In this document: piece after piece, positions 1-12,022 of the stretch | How the letters are laid out: every line of letters starts with the position of its first letter | Position numbering within the stretch: position 1 is the first letter of the stretch | Origin: Adineta vaga | Taxonomy: Eukaryota; Animalia; Rotifera | DNA: 64,000 nt | Direction: 5' to 3' | Assembly (NCBI GenBank): GCA_021613535.1 | Contig: CP075493.1 | Location: forward strand, 14,570,001 to 14,634,000 | Made by a program: the position numbers and the translations under genes | The notes under the pieces: model-generated | Seen by the model: only the letters and a program-made list of their open reading frames with translations | Told to the model about the DNA's origin: nothing | Database searches by the model: none

Positions 1-454
1 AATACGATCGAAAATCTCTTGTGAATAATTTTTATGTGGATCTTTCATTTCGTTTTCAAGTTCATTTGGCTTTTTTATTGTCTGTTTTTTATCATCAAGA
101 TATTGACAATCAAGCCATGATTTATCTATAGCGAATATATCAATATAATTCACATTGTCCTACACGAATGATCTTACCTGTTTGAAATTGACAAGCCGTC
201 GAATTTGTTTCCATTGATGATCCTATTTATTTAAAAAAAAACAAAGTTCTCAAACTGAATATTTGAAATAAATTACCATAAGAATCATCTGATGTTATTT
301 CCACTGGAGAATGAGATTCCGGTTCAGTATGTGATACTAATTTTTCACTATGTTCATTATTAAAAGAAGAATCTACTGATGATGTTTCATATTCGAATCC
401 TTTTTGTATAGATTGAATATCACTAATGGAATTCTCATCAGCAGAATTTGCCAT
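1..454 (-). CDS. 5' part of an unknown spliced gene with an acidic, Ser-rich N-terminus; runs off the window start
   Basis: ATG at 454 (MANSADENSISD...). Two short GT-AG introns (~223-279 and ~126-178) give an open frame ...DKSWLDCQYLDDKKQTIKKPNELENEMKDPHKNYSQEIFDRI to position 1. Confidence 0.6.
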
Positions 455-1588
455 ATCAAACTTATCTGAAGAAAAGATACAGTTATATTGAGAAACAACG
501 TGGTATTAAATAATATTAATATAATAAATATATGTGATAAGATTTGTTTTATTTGCATAGGTTAGACGACGAGTAATATAAGAATAGACGAGAATTTTTT
601 GATAAAAACAACTTCATTCATATTCATGTCACTACATGTAAATAAAAGTGAAATATTCTTTGATAGAAATTCTTGGTGGTATATGATCATAAAGACTTAG
701 ACAACGAAAACTTTTATACAAGGATTACATAACCTTCACTGTTCTACTTTGATCAAGATAAAATAATTGAAAACAATAATATTTCATTTGAATGAAGAGA
801 AAAAATTCTTACAAATGTGAATAGTCGTTGAAATAAAAATGAGATTAATCGTTAATCTTTTGTGGTTAAATATTGTTTGCTCTAGACGACTGATTATTTG
901 AATAAAACAATGAAATTTCATTTTGAAGAGAGCTAAAAAAGACTACTGTAATAATACATGTTTTACCATTTTATTTTTCTTTCATTTTTTTTCAACAGTA
1001 ATAAAAACACTTCAATAAAAATAATCTTTCATTAGACGTACGAGACGAATCATCGAAAATCTCAAGAGAATATATGAAGAAGAAAAAAAACTATTGACAT
1101 TAAAGAAAGAGAAAGAGAAGTAAAGACATGTCTCTTTTTTTTCAACAGATGAATTTTTCTTTTCAGCCAAAAGAAACGAACAAAAATATAAAGAATGTGT
1201 TTTCGATTACCGTCTGAATAAATACAATTATTTGATTAAAATTCCAATGAGGTTTTTTTTTCTTGATCAAAAATAAACTTTCATAAAAAAAAGAGTTTGT
1301 TTTTTTGCATCATATTCTTTTAATTTAATAATCTTAATCAAAGACGAAACTTTTACTCGATGCTCAAAATTTGCATGAAATTGTTAATCATTGTATTCGA
1401 TTAGAATTGAATTTCTGAAACAATATGTTTTATTAGAAAAGAATTTTGAAGATTAAAAACGTAACTAATAGAACTTTTTTGTTGACTTGAATGTAAAAGA
1501 AAGACTATATCTTATCTTTATCTAAAGAACTTTCGATTGTCTATTTTCTCATTTGTATGAAATCTAGAGATTTTTGTTGTTGCATCAA

Positions 1589-4078
1589 ATGTATTTAAAA
1601 TTCGTTGTTTATGTTATATATTTGATATTCATTGAAAATTGTTCAACAATAAAAGATATTGAATATGAACAAGTCATAAGTGATCGTTATCTATATTCAA
1701 TAAATCGAAATCAATCAAATTATTGGAATATATTACCTGATATTCGATCATCATGGCAAGTTTGTTCATTACCACAATATCATCATCAATCGAATGAAGG
1801 TGTTTGGTTATTTATTCAACGAGAGAAACAAGAAAATCTTTATCAGATGTCTTTTTTTTCAATATTTAAGAATGGAACATTAAATATTCTATCGAATATT
1901 GAAATTGAAAATAATCAAACATATTTCGTTACTTCACATGATGAAACGACGAAAGAAAAATATACTGGTGCATTAATAACTTTAAATAAAATTCAATTAA
2001 TTTTGTGTAATCAATTGAATGCAACAAACTGTTCAATTATTCGTACAATTTCATTTTCTTCGTTTTTTATTACAAATACGAAAAAAATCAATACAGGATT
2101 TTTTATTTCTGATTTACAATCATTATATATTGGAACAGATTCTGGTTTACATCGTTTAAATTTAAATACATATGAAATTATTTATAATCTTAATCAAATC
2201 AATCAATCGGTATCTTCAATATCATTATCATCAAAATATCAAACGATATTTATTGGTACAGAAGCAAAATTATGGATGGAAAAATATTCCAATGAAACAT
2301 CGGAATGGCGTTTTGAACATGTTGATGGATTAATTGATGCACCGATTACTTCATTAGTTTATGATCATAGTCAAGATCAACTGTGGATTGGACAAAATAC
2401 TGGAATAACATTACTTTCACCAAAAATTCTATCAACAGGACGTTTAGTTTGGTATTTTACAAGATTATCAGGTTATAAATCAAATCCCGGTTCATACAAT
2501 AGTCATCTACCATTATCAAATATAACAACATTAATGATGAGTTATGCAAATCCATTCGATAATAAAATATGGTTAGGATCAATTTATGGTTTAGTACGTT
2601 ATCATTTCAATACAACTGAATCGAATACATGGAGAGTATTTAATAGTGCAAGATATATGCCAATGTATTCATCAATAGTTAATATATCATCGATTGGTAT
2701 AGTTAATAGAATGAAAAATTGTTCTGATAATTTAGGAAGTTCAGTTGTTGCAATAACAAGTAATGGTCTTAGTGTTCTTCGTTTTGAAATGTGGTCATTG
2801 GAAAAAAAAGCAGAATATTTTCAAACATATCTTGATCAATCAAATCGACATATTCGATATGATTATGTTTCTGATTGTGCAATGACAAGACAAGGAGATC
2901 CAAATAGTTGTGTTAAAGGAGCAAATGATAACGATGGTCTTTGGACTTCAATGTATTTATCCAGTCAAATATTTCGTTATGTTATAACAAACGATTCACA
3001 TGTTCAACAAACAGCATGGAAACATTTTCAAGCATTATATTTTCTTAGTAAAATAACAGGTATATCTGGTTATCCTGCACGTTCCATTGCTCGAAAAGAT
3101 GAATTTCCTCCAACCGATGGTTGGTTTCCATCACCTGTAAATGCCAGTCTTCAATATCGAGGTGATACATCATCCGATGAAATTGTTGGACATGAATTTA
3201 TTTATCCATTAGTTTATGATTATTTATGTCAAAATTCTGATCAATGTTCACAAGCTTCAGAAGTTTTACTTAATATAACCAATCATATTTTAACACATGA
3301 TTGGTATTTAATTGGTGAAAATCATACGCATACAACATGGGGAATCTGGAATCCCAAGGAAATTAATAACGATCCTTATTATCAAGAAACTCGTGGTCTT
3401 AATAGTTTACAAATACTCGCATTTTTATTTCAAGCATACAGTTTTACCAGTGATGATCGATATTTAGATGGAATCGATGAATTAATTCAACTTTATCAAT
3501 ATGATGTAAATCTAATCAATCAAAAAATGATTGCAGTGTGTGATATTGATTTTTCTGATGATGAATTAGAATATTTATCTTATTTTACTATTATTTATGC
3601 ATTTCATCGAATCAAAACATCTAAAATACAAAATGAACGTGTCAATAAGTTAATTCAATATTTCAAAGAATATATCTTCATCGGAATTGAACTTTCACAT
3701 AAATATAAACAAATGGATAAATCACCATTTTATAATTGGATTTATTGTTATGTTTTAAATCAGTTGAATTCAACTATGTCAAATTGTGACGCATTAATTT
3801 ATGATGGTTTATGGTATTTACAACGTTTTCCATTAGAATTAGTTAATTGGAAACAATACAATACTATTAGATTAGATCTAGAACTCAATCAATTGGCTTC
3901 TTGTTTATCAGATGAATTGTATTCAAGAAAAGTTCTACCACCAGATGAAAGAAATATACATAAATGGAATGGATCACCGTTTGGTTTAAATCAAGGTGAT
4001 GCTTCCTATGAAGAAGATCCGTCGATTTTTTTAATCAGTTACTGGGGCATGAGATTTTTTCGTTTCATTGAAAATTAA
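1589..4078 (+). CDS. Intronless secreted protein: N-terminal beta-propeller-like repeats plus a C-terminal helical-barrel-like domain of an uncharacterised bacterial-type family (probable HGT)
   Basis: Single long ORF; first ATG at 1589 gives a hydrophobic signal peptide (MYLKFVVYVIYLIFIENCS). Repeated LYIGTDSGL/IFIGTEAKL/LWIGQNTGI/IWLGSIYGL propeller motifs. C-terminal DNDGLWTSMYL, TGISGYPARS, GDTSSDEIVGH, GLNSLQILAFL and LPPDER motifs, which I recognise from bacterial hypothetical proteins. Confidence 0.85.
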   Translation: MYLKFVVYVIYLIFIENCSTIKDIEYEQVISDRYLYSINRNQSNYWNILPDIRSSWQVCSLPQYHHQSNEGVWLFIQREKQENLYQMSFFSIFKNGTLNILSNIEIENNQTYFVTSHDETTKEKYTGALITLNKIQLILCNQLNATNCSIIRTISFSSFFITNTKKINTGFFISDLQSLYIGTDSGLHRLNLNTYEIIYNLNQINQSVSSISLSSKYQTIFIGTEAKLWMEKYSNETSEWRFEHVDGLIDAPITSLVYDHSQDQLWIGQNTGITLLSPKILSTGRLVWYFTRLSGYKSNPGSYNSHLPLSNITTLMMSYANPFDNKIWLGSIYGLVRYHFNTTESNTWRVFNSARYMPMYSSIVNISSIGIVNRMKNCSDNLGSSVVAITSNGLSVLRFEMWSLEKKAEYFQTYLDQSNRHIRYDYVSDCAMTRQGDPNSCVKGANDNDGLWTSMYLSSQIFRYVITNDSHVQQTAWKHFQALYFLSKITGISGYPARSIARKDEFPPTDGWFPSPVNASLQYRGDTSSDEIVGHEFIYPLVYDYLCQNSDQCSQASEVLLNITNHILTHDWYLIGENHTHTTWGIWNPKEINNDPYYQETRGLNSLQILAFLFQAYSFTSDDRYLDGIDELIQLYQYDVNLINQKMIAVCDIDFSDDELEYLSYFTIIYAFHRIKTSKIQNERVNKLIQYFKEYIFIGIELSHKYKQMDKSPFYNWIYCYVLNQLNSTMSNCDALIYDGLWYLQRFPLELVNWKQYNTIRLDLELNQLASCLSDELYSRKVLPPDERNIHKWNGSPFGLNQGDASYEEDPSIFLISYWGMRFFRFIEN

Positions 4079-5945
4079 ATAGATTTTTCTTTCTAAAATA
4101 AACTTCAAATGATTGAAATATTCTAATATAGGATTATAACAGAATACCACTGTATAATAAAAATAAGAGAAACAAATGATTTTTAATCTGTAGTCGATAT
4201 TATGTAGAAAGTTTAATTAAGCATCGATTGATAATCGTGCCGCATCTATTAGTGAATTAATTTATTATGTTCTTGAGAATGCTTGTTTCATGAAGATTCT
4301 AAATGGTCGCTGTAATCTTAGTCATGCAATGATACTTATCACTGTTTATATTCTTATCACGATTGATTATCATTTTCAATGCACTATGACTATCAATATA
4401 CTTCCACCCATCTTCTCTCGTCGATGATAGATTGTATAATGCCTTAAGAAAAGGTTTTTAATATTGAAATCATGTTCTATAAGATCATCTCGACATTCGG
4501 AATAATATATAAGCTTTTATGAGGATGTTTATCATTGCATTGTATAGAGAGATGAAATGCACCTAATTCCTTAGAGTTAAGAGTATCGACTAGATTTTAC
4601 GAATTTTGTCGAGTTATTCATATCTTTTGATCAAGATAATGTAATGATGATTTAATCGCTTAGATGGCTTCTTCAAGTGATAGAAGTTCGTCTTTTTTCA
4701 TAATCTTCAAAAGAAAGAAGTATTCGAGCGCGTCAAAAGCAGACTAATGTCATTAATCTCGTTCATTTTGTTCCTGTGCGTGATACAACACTATTTCTTT
4801 AATCATAAAATTCTACTCAAGACATAAAATATAAGAAGAAGAAGAAAAAAGAAACGATTATGGCTGGATAAATGATATCAGAATGCGTGGAATCTTCTTA
4901 AAATGTGCATCCAGAAGAAATCTTACCATATTTTTTCATGAGAAAAAATTGCAAAGATACACTTGATATATATTCGGATTAATCATATACAATTGTAATC
5001 GACTTATTATAAATACGTACAAAATCATGCTTCTATAGAAAATTTGACTATGAGTTTTATTAATAGAAGTTCTCGTGCAAATGATTATATCTGTTGTATG
5101 ACTTTGTGAATAGATCTTATATTTTGTATTGAAAAAAGAATTCTAATTATATACTTATGTTCTTTTTCTGTTAGATTAATATAATCAGGAGAAAAATAAA
5201 GAAAGAAACCCTAATACAATATAATTTTTTGAAGTGAGTCGAATTATACGAAAATTATTCATTCATCTAAAAATATCTTGGATAGATAATCCAGTAACAA
5301 TTCTCTTTCCATGACTAGCACGACTTTATAGCCATTTGTATTGAATGTACCTGTTAATCTTTACGCACTCTTTGGAATCAATATCGTAAAAAGAGTTCAC
5401 AATACAATAGTATAGAAAATAATGTTGATAAATTAATTGCCAATGGTCTTATTTCTCTAGTTCTAGTTGATGTTAGGGAAGTATTGAATAGAAGTGAGTA
5501 TGGAAGGATATGTGTTTTTCAATGTAGAACGGAAATTGGTGTCAGAAAATATTAATATTCTATTGATAATATTAAGTAGAAAGTTCATTGAATCAAAATT
5601 CATCTGACAAAATCAATGATTGTCAGTTTTTAGTCAGATTTCTATTTAAATATAAAATTTGTTCATAAATATATTTATCTAATAGAAAATGATCTTTTGA
5701 AGAAAAAAAAAGTAATGATTAATGAATATTGAATAGAATCTTTATTGATAAAAAAAAAAAACGGAATTCCGTTTTGTTCTTCGTTCTTTTCTATTCTATT
5801 TAAAAGAGAGAAAAATGAACAAGAATTCTGTTCTTTGTTTTCTAAAGAGAGAAGAAAGAAAACAAGGAGAAAATATATGAATAGACATACCATCATTATT
5901 AATTTATTCTGCTATTCATATCGTTCTTTTTTATCTTAAACATTG

Positions 5946-6899
5946 ATGATGATGAGTTCTCCAATCAATACCAATACTTTTATCCTCATTACGTTAATAA
6001 TCAATCTTATCTTTATCAATGGTATGTTTATACTTAAAAGAAAATTCTATGAGAAGAATAATTTATAATGTATTACTATTAATTCATCAGTGAAAATTTT
6101 ACAGTTAATTCAAAATTTTTCGAATTGAATTTTTTAATTAAAATATGTTTGTTTGTTTTTTCAAAGGTCAACATGTCTCCAATACAAAATGTGATGAAAA
6201 TTTGGTAAACATGCATATGCTTGAATGTTATAAGAAACATATAGATAATAAAATCGATACCAGTTCAGTTGAAAATGCTTATTTTATGGAAGGATCGAAT
6301 CTTTGCCAGTTTGTTATTTATTTTTGAAAAAAAAACTTTTAGTTCTATTTTTTTCTAATGAACTGTATAGAGCCTATAATCAAAGTTCACCATATCGTAA
6401 ATGTTTATTTTCCATCTTTGGTCGAAATGAAATTTGTTCATATGAACGATATCAATATTCATATCAATATTTTAAAATTTATTGGAAATTAATCCTTACT
6501 TCATGTCTTATAGAAAACAGTAAGTTTGCTATTGTTTTTTCACTAACAAAAGAAAAAAAGAAGTTTCTTCTTTTAATTTGATGATATTTAGATGAACAAT
6601 GTTCACCTTCACATTTAAGTGAAAAAATCATCAATAAATGTCATTATTCATTTGATGAAAGATTTCCAACTAAATGCAAGTAAGATTTCTTCTTTTTTTG
6701 AGAAAAAAAAAGTTTGTAAAGAAAAATTATTCTTTGAAGAGATTTTCTACGTTCTATGAAATGTTTGGAAAGACATGAACATGATTTAATTCCATCAACA
6801 TTTGGAACAAAATGTTCAAGAAATCAAGGCTTTTATTATTTCTTTGGAGATCTTGCTGCTCGTCTTCAATTATCAATTAATATTTGCGAAAAAAACTAA
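5946..6899 (+). CDS. Small Cys-rich secreted protein of unknown function (5 exons)
   Basis: ATG at 5946 followed by a hydrophobic signal (MMMSSPINTNTFILITLIINLIFING). GT-AG introns at ~6022-6166, 6309-6370, 6520-6591 and 6680-6739 join the ORF-track fragments (TKCDENL..ECYKK..NLC / RKCLFS..EICSYE..TSCLIE / QCSPS..KCHY..KCK / MKCLE..TKCS..NICEKN*). Confidence 0.7.
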
Positions 6900-7399
6900 T
6901 TTGATTTGTTTAATATCAAAATAAAAAAAACCGAACGTACTCAATACATAATTGTATAATATATATTTTGCGAGACTCTTCTATATTATCATATTTTCTC
7001 TCTGTTCAAAAAGATCAACTGAATATTTTTCCATGCAACTTTTAAACATCAACAAGAATATTATAAACAATATCGATGATGTTGATGTATTCGTAAATAA
7101 AATATAAAGAAAAATGAATGCTTTTATCTCATACAATATCAATTAACTATCTTTTCGAAACAAAACGAATTGTGAGAAGCTAGAAGATAATATGAATGAT
7201 AAATAACACAGTAGAAGTACGATATTTTATTGATTTCATACATGCTCACGAAAAATACAGTATTTATAGATATTGACATTAGATACCTACCATTCAAAAC
7301 GAAAGTCATTTAGTATTTAGGGTGGGTGTGGGTATTCCCTTAACCCTCACCACAATGTCTCAATCGAATAGTGAATCTAGAAGAACTCTTATTGACTAT

Positions 7400-8000
7400 T
7401 ATCGTTGTACGTTTTACATTTATTGATGGCAACTCATTAGAGAATGATATTGTTAATCATATGCTACATTTAATGAAATTCGTATTCAGTATTCATATTC
7501 GTTCAGTTGTGAATCATTTTACAGAATTACCATCAAGTAAAGATATACAGGGTACATTCGCAAGTCTTTTTAACTATCAAATTATTTCTTACATGGATTA
7601 TTTCGAACGCGAACGATTTAGTCAATGTCATATGTATTCACAAAACCGTTTATACAATGAACTATGTCCTTTTAAGCACGAATTCTTCTTTCGAATTTCT
7701 CAATCATTTCTATTTCTAAAAATATTAGTTGCGTGGAATGACTTTTCACAAAATCATAACGAATCTCGTCAACCAAATGATAATAGTCGAAAAATACTAG
7801 TCATGGAATACTCTAATCTAAAGCAATTTTATTTATCGGGTGCTCGTGATACATGATGTCAAACAACTTCTTAATGATACCAAAACGTGTTTCTCAAATT
7901 ATGTTGATCTTTGTGTAAAGTATTATTCTCTTCGAAAAGTAACACAAAATAATTGTTCGAGAATAAAAGATTTATTGGATATTTTCCACATTTAGGAAAA
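7400..8000 (+). pseudogene. 3' remnant of a rotifer-type F-box/LRR-like family gene
   Basis: FVFSIHIRS..ELPSSKDIQGTF..QIISYMDYF..QCHMYS and PFKHEFFFRISQSF motifs match the C-terminal half of the family seen elsewhere in this window. No proper start; stops follow. Confidence 0.65.
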
Positions 8001-8536
8001 CTTGAATAAAATTATTGAGACACTCTTTAATTTATCTTTAATAGAGAATATAGTCTTTGACCACTGTTCAGAATCTTAAAGATAATAATAAATATTTTGT
8101 CGCGAGTATATCATTTGATTGACCAATGTATTTTCGTTTTGTGTAATTAAGCGAAAAAATTTATCAAACTAAAATATTCTACAACGTCTCCTTGTTCGTT
8201 AGATCATGTGCATTTCTCAATCACTATAGATGTCACTGGCTTATGGTTGAATAGTATTCAATAAGGGAATAAATTATTTAACATAAAAAATAATATTTAT
8301 CAACAAAAAAAAAGAAATTTTAATAGTTTTTCTTTGAATCAAAAAAAAAATCTTTTCATAATTGTTACTTCAATCTCCAATGAAAAAATCATATACGAAA
8401 CATCAGCTGTTCTATTCTTTCTATTTTTCCATTGACATAAAAAAATTCTTCCACTAATACTTATATCATTCTCACTTATATGAGAAAAAAATCGATCAAA
8501 CTAAGTTTTAGATGTTAAATCAAATCTGAAAAAAAA

Positions 8537-9633
8537 ATGGAAAATGTTGAAGAAATCGAAAGCCTTCTTTCACTACATTGGCCACATATATTTTCATCCA
8601 TCGATCCATCAACATCCATTACTCTCACGAAATTATCTCGACATAATTGGTTAATCAAATGTTCAGAACAACTATCATATGTACTCAAATCATCACAAAC
8701 AAATAATTTAGACCTTGAACTCAAATATCTTGTCGATCTAAATCAATATTTCAATCAAGAATATCGTGTTCCTCTACCTATCTTAACAATTAAAAATGAA
8801 AGACATGTTAATGGAAAATATTGGCTATATGAATATATTCATGGCAAAGTTTATAATGATTGTGATTCATGTGAACATTTATTTGATGAAAAACAACTAA
8901 TTCTCTTAGCGAAACTTATTTCCAAATATCATCAATTTCTCATTACAAATTCCTCGTCTTTATCAACAAATAAAAAATCCACAACTCGTGAACATCTTCT
9001 CAAAGAATTCAAACAATCCATTGTAAGTTAAATGAGAGAAGTGAAGTAAATTATCTTTATTTCTTAATATAGGATGTAATCAATGAAGCGCGAAAAGAAA
9101 GAATTGATTTAGTCAATGAATATTATTTGGGATGTTATCCATTGCTAAAACGATTATTAGAAGAATCATTATCAAAACAAGAAAAAAGTCATTCAAATCG
9201 AAATTATCTTATTCATCGAAATCTTCGTCCATCAAAAATCGTTTGGTCAACAACAAATGAAAGTGCACAGATTATTGGCATATTAGATTTTGAAAATCTC
9301 AATTATGATACCTTGTGGCGAGATCTTGCTGTTTGTTTATCAACATTTTGTACATCATCATCACCATCGATCATCACAGATGTTGATCGAATGAGAATAT
9401 TTATTGGTGAATATATGAAACAAATCTCAGGTGGTGTTGCCAAAGTTTCATCGCAAACCGAACAAGAAGTATTTCATTTAATTGTTGACGAGATAATTTT
9501 ATGTGCTTGTGAAGATTTTACATTTATTTATTGGCAATATCAACATCAAAATGAATTATTTCAAGGAATCAAAGCATTAGAATTTTATTATAAACGAGCT
9601 TTATGGCATGCTGATCATGCACTTAAAAAATGA
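8537..9633 (+). CDS. APH/homoserine-kinase-II/choline-kinase-like phosphotransferase-fold protein (probable HGT, possibly a pseudokinase)
   Basis: Two ORFs joined in phase 0 by a 50-nt intron (GTAAGT at 9023, AG at 9072). Motifs YVLK, E..YL..L, VPLPI, LYEYIHG, LAKLISKYH, IHRNLRPSKI, GILDFE and DLAV. Confidence 0.8.
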
Positions 9634-12022
9634 AACCTTATTTTTCTTTTGTTATGTAGGTTATTTGATTTTTGTGTAATAAAGTAAATCTATAACTTAA
9701 TTGAAGAAATTCAATTGTTCTATTATTTATATAACGAAATATAATGATCATTGGATAAGAGTCGTTTCAATGTAACATAATTTATCAATGGATTTAAAAT
9801 ATGTATCTTGTTATTTCATTTCTCATTGAATTATAGATTAACATTCAATTTTAAATGTATTTTCATGTATACTGTATACATTGCTAAATCTTTTTTTAGT
9901 TCTGATCGATATTCATATCGAATTGTGACAAACCATTTGCATATATGTTAAAGTATTTTTTATCAACAAAAATCAAAACACGTATATATTCATTTCGTTT
10001 TAATATTGATTCACTTTCAATAATAGCTGATAGATAAAATTTTCTAATAGAGAATTAATCAATGTTATTTCTACTATTCATTCATTGTTTTGTGCGAATT
10101 TGTTATTTAAATATCTAAGATTAATGTATAATCTGAACATGAATCGATGTATCGTACATTCTCGATAAACCTTCGAATATCTACAAATATCGATACTTAA
10201 TGATTACCACCAATTTTAGTTTTGTTGTGCACGCTATGCATGTCTACATGTACATGTAGAATCGTGGACAGAAGCATTTGCGCTTATTTGACATTTGCTG
10301 ATCAGCAGAAAAAGAAAATGAATGAACATCGATGTGTTGTGTCTAATGGTGTAACGCATGACATGTTATATTTTGACTTTTCTTTATGACAGCTTCTTAT
10401 TACTTTTGCTTGAGTATTTCACTTGCATTTATATAAAGACAATATAGACTGTCATCAAGTTAAAAATTCTGATAAAAGTCGTCACATCAAAAGACAAGAA
10501 TTAGTTCATCTGTTGGGCTGATTACATATGTGAGTGTATGTTCTAGAATGATATTATCTTCTTTAAAATTCAAGCAATATTCATAAGAATGAGTAAGGAT
10601 TTGTTCTCTTTCGTTTTTTTCCTTTCTGTTTGAGATTGTAGGTTTGCCTATCAGATTGATGTTACTTACCCATACCCTCAAGAAAATCATGCGAAATAAT
10701 AGTCACATACAGATTCCATCTACAAAGAAAGCATGATGCGCGTATGATTAACTGAACAAAGGACAAAATAAATCATTTCCAGATAAGAAAATCAAAATAT
10801 ACTTATACACATGACTATGAGCATCGATTTATGTAAATAGTTTATTCACTGCATGGAAATTAATACTCTACTTTCATTTACGAACTGCATAGCAATTTAT
10901 TGTCTTCTTCAGCAACAAACAATTGATTTTTCATTTGAGTTTTAACAATTACATTCACTCTTATCATTTACGACTATATTTTAAAGAAGCAACACTGAAA
11001 ATGTCTGTCGTTGCTTTATTTTCTGTGGTTTACCGCAAGTGAAGCAGCGAGTAAATTGATGCAAAAATGTCCGATAATTTTCTCGTCAATGTTCCATAGA
11101 AACCATATTTTTCTAAGTATTTTTTCAAGGTCAATTTAAATTAACGCACAGAAATGTTTTTTTTTATTCATTATATTTAGTCGCTTCGATTTATATAAAA
11201 ATCATAAGCACTGAGTGAACGTTATTATCTCTCATCCTTCAGAACTGTGCACTCCTTTCTTTTTCGTACGTCCGAAATCGAAATATTACTCTTTCTGTCG
11301 CCAACAATAGAAAAAAAAGACAAAAAGAGAATGGCGATTTTTTTCCATTATATCAGACGGTCATCGATTCGATATGCCGTCTATATATCCATGGACTAAG
11401 ATTTTTTCAGTCAAATTCGTTTAGTTCATAAGAGAGAAATACGAATTTTTGCTTTTTTTGTGTATATAACTTTTCAAACTAAAAAATAAGGGATAATCCG
11501 ATCATGCGCTTTTGTTTTCTATATTGACACTTTAGAAATCAATTAATCTTCTATTACTTGCACAATTTTATATTTCAAATCGTTTCCTCTTGGTTACATG
11601 CCACTTAATAGAGACTAAAATAGAGTGCTTCACAACAAATAATACATTCATTAGAAGTTTTTCTTTAGAAAATATCTTTTGTACACAAGTTTATTTTCGT
11701 TGTGGGCTGAAGTATTTGTTTTAACCCTGCTTTTACCAACCGATCTTTAGCAGAGTTTTCTAGACAACTTTAAAATTACTACTGACATACGGAATTTTAA
11801 TAGTGCAAGACTTACTATATCGCAATACTGTTCAACTTTTTATTCTTCATTCAATAGGTTTTCATTAATTTTGTATGTTGAGTTATTTCGATTTGAAATT
11901 AGTTTCAAACTTGAAGACTCCTATAAAATTTAATATAGTATTGCATTTGATCAACAACGAAAAAATATTCGCCTAAACTAATATAAAAAAAAACTCATAA
12001 TCTATCTTTATTTTTAGACCAA

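Noticed and set aside
10243-10260. Perfect 18-bp palindrome TCTACATGTACATGTAGA
   Set aside because: Low-complexity ACATGT repetition with no supporting context.
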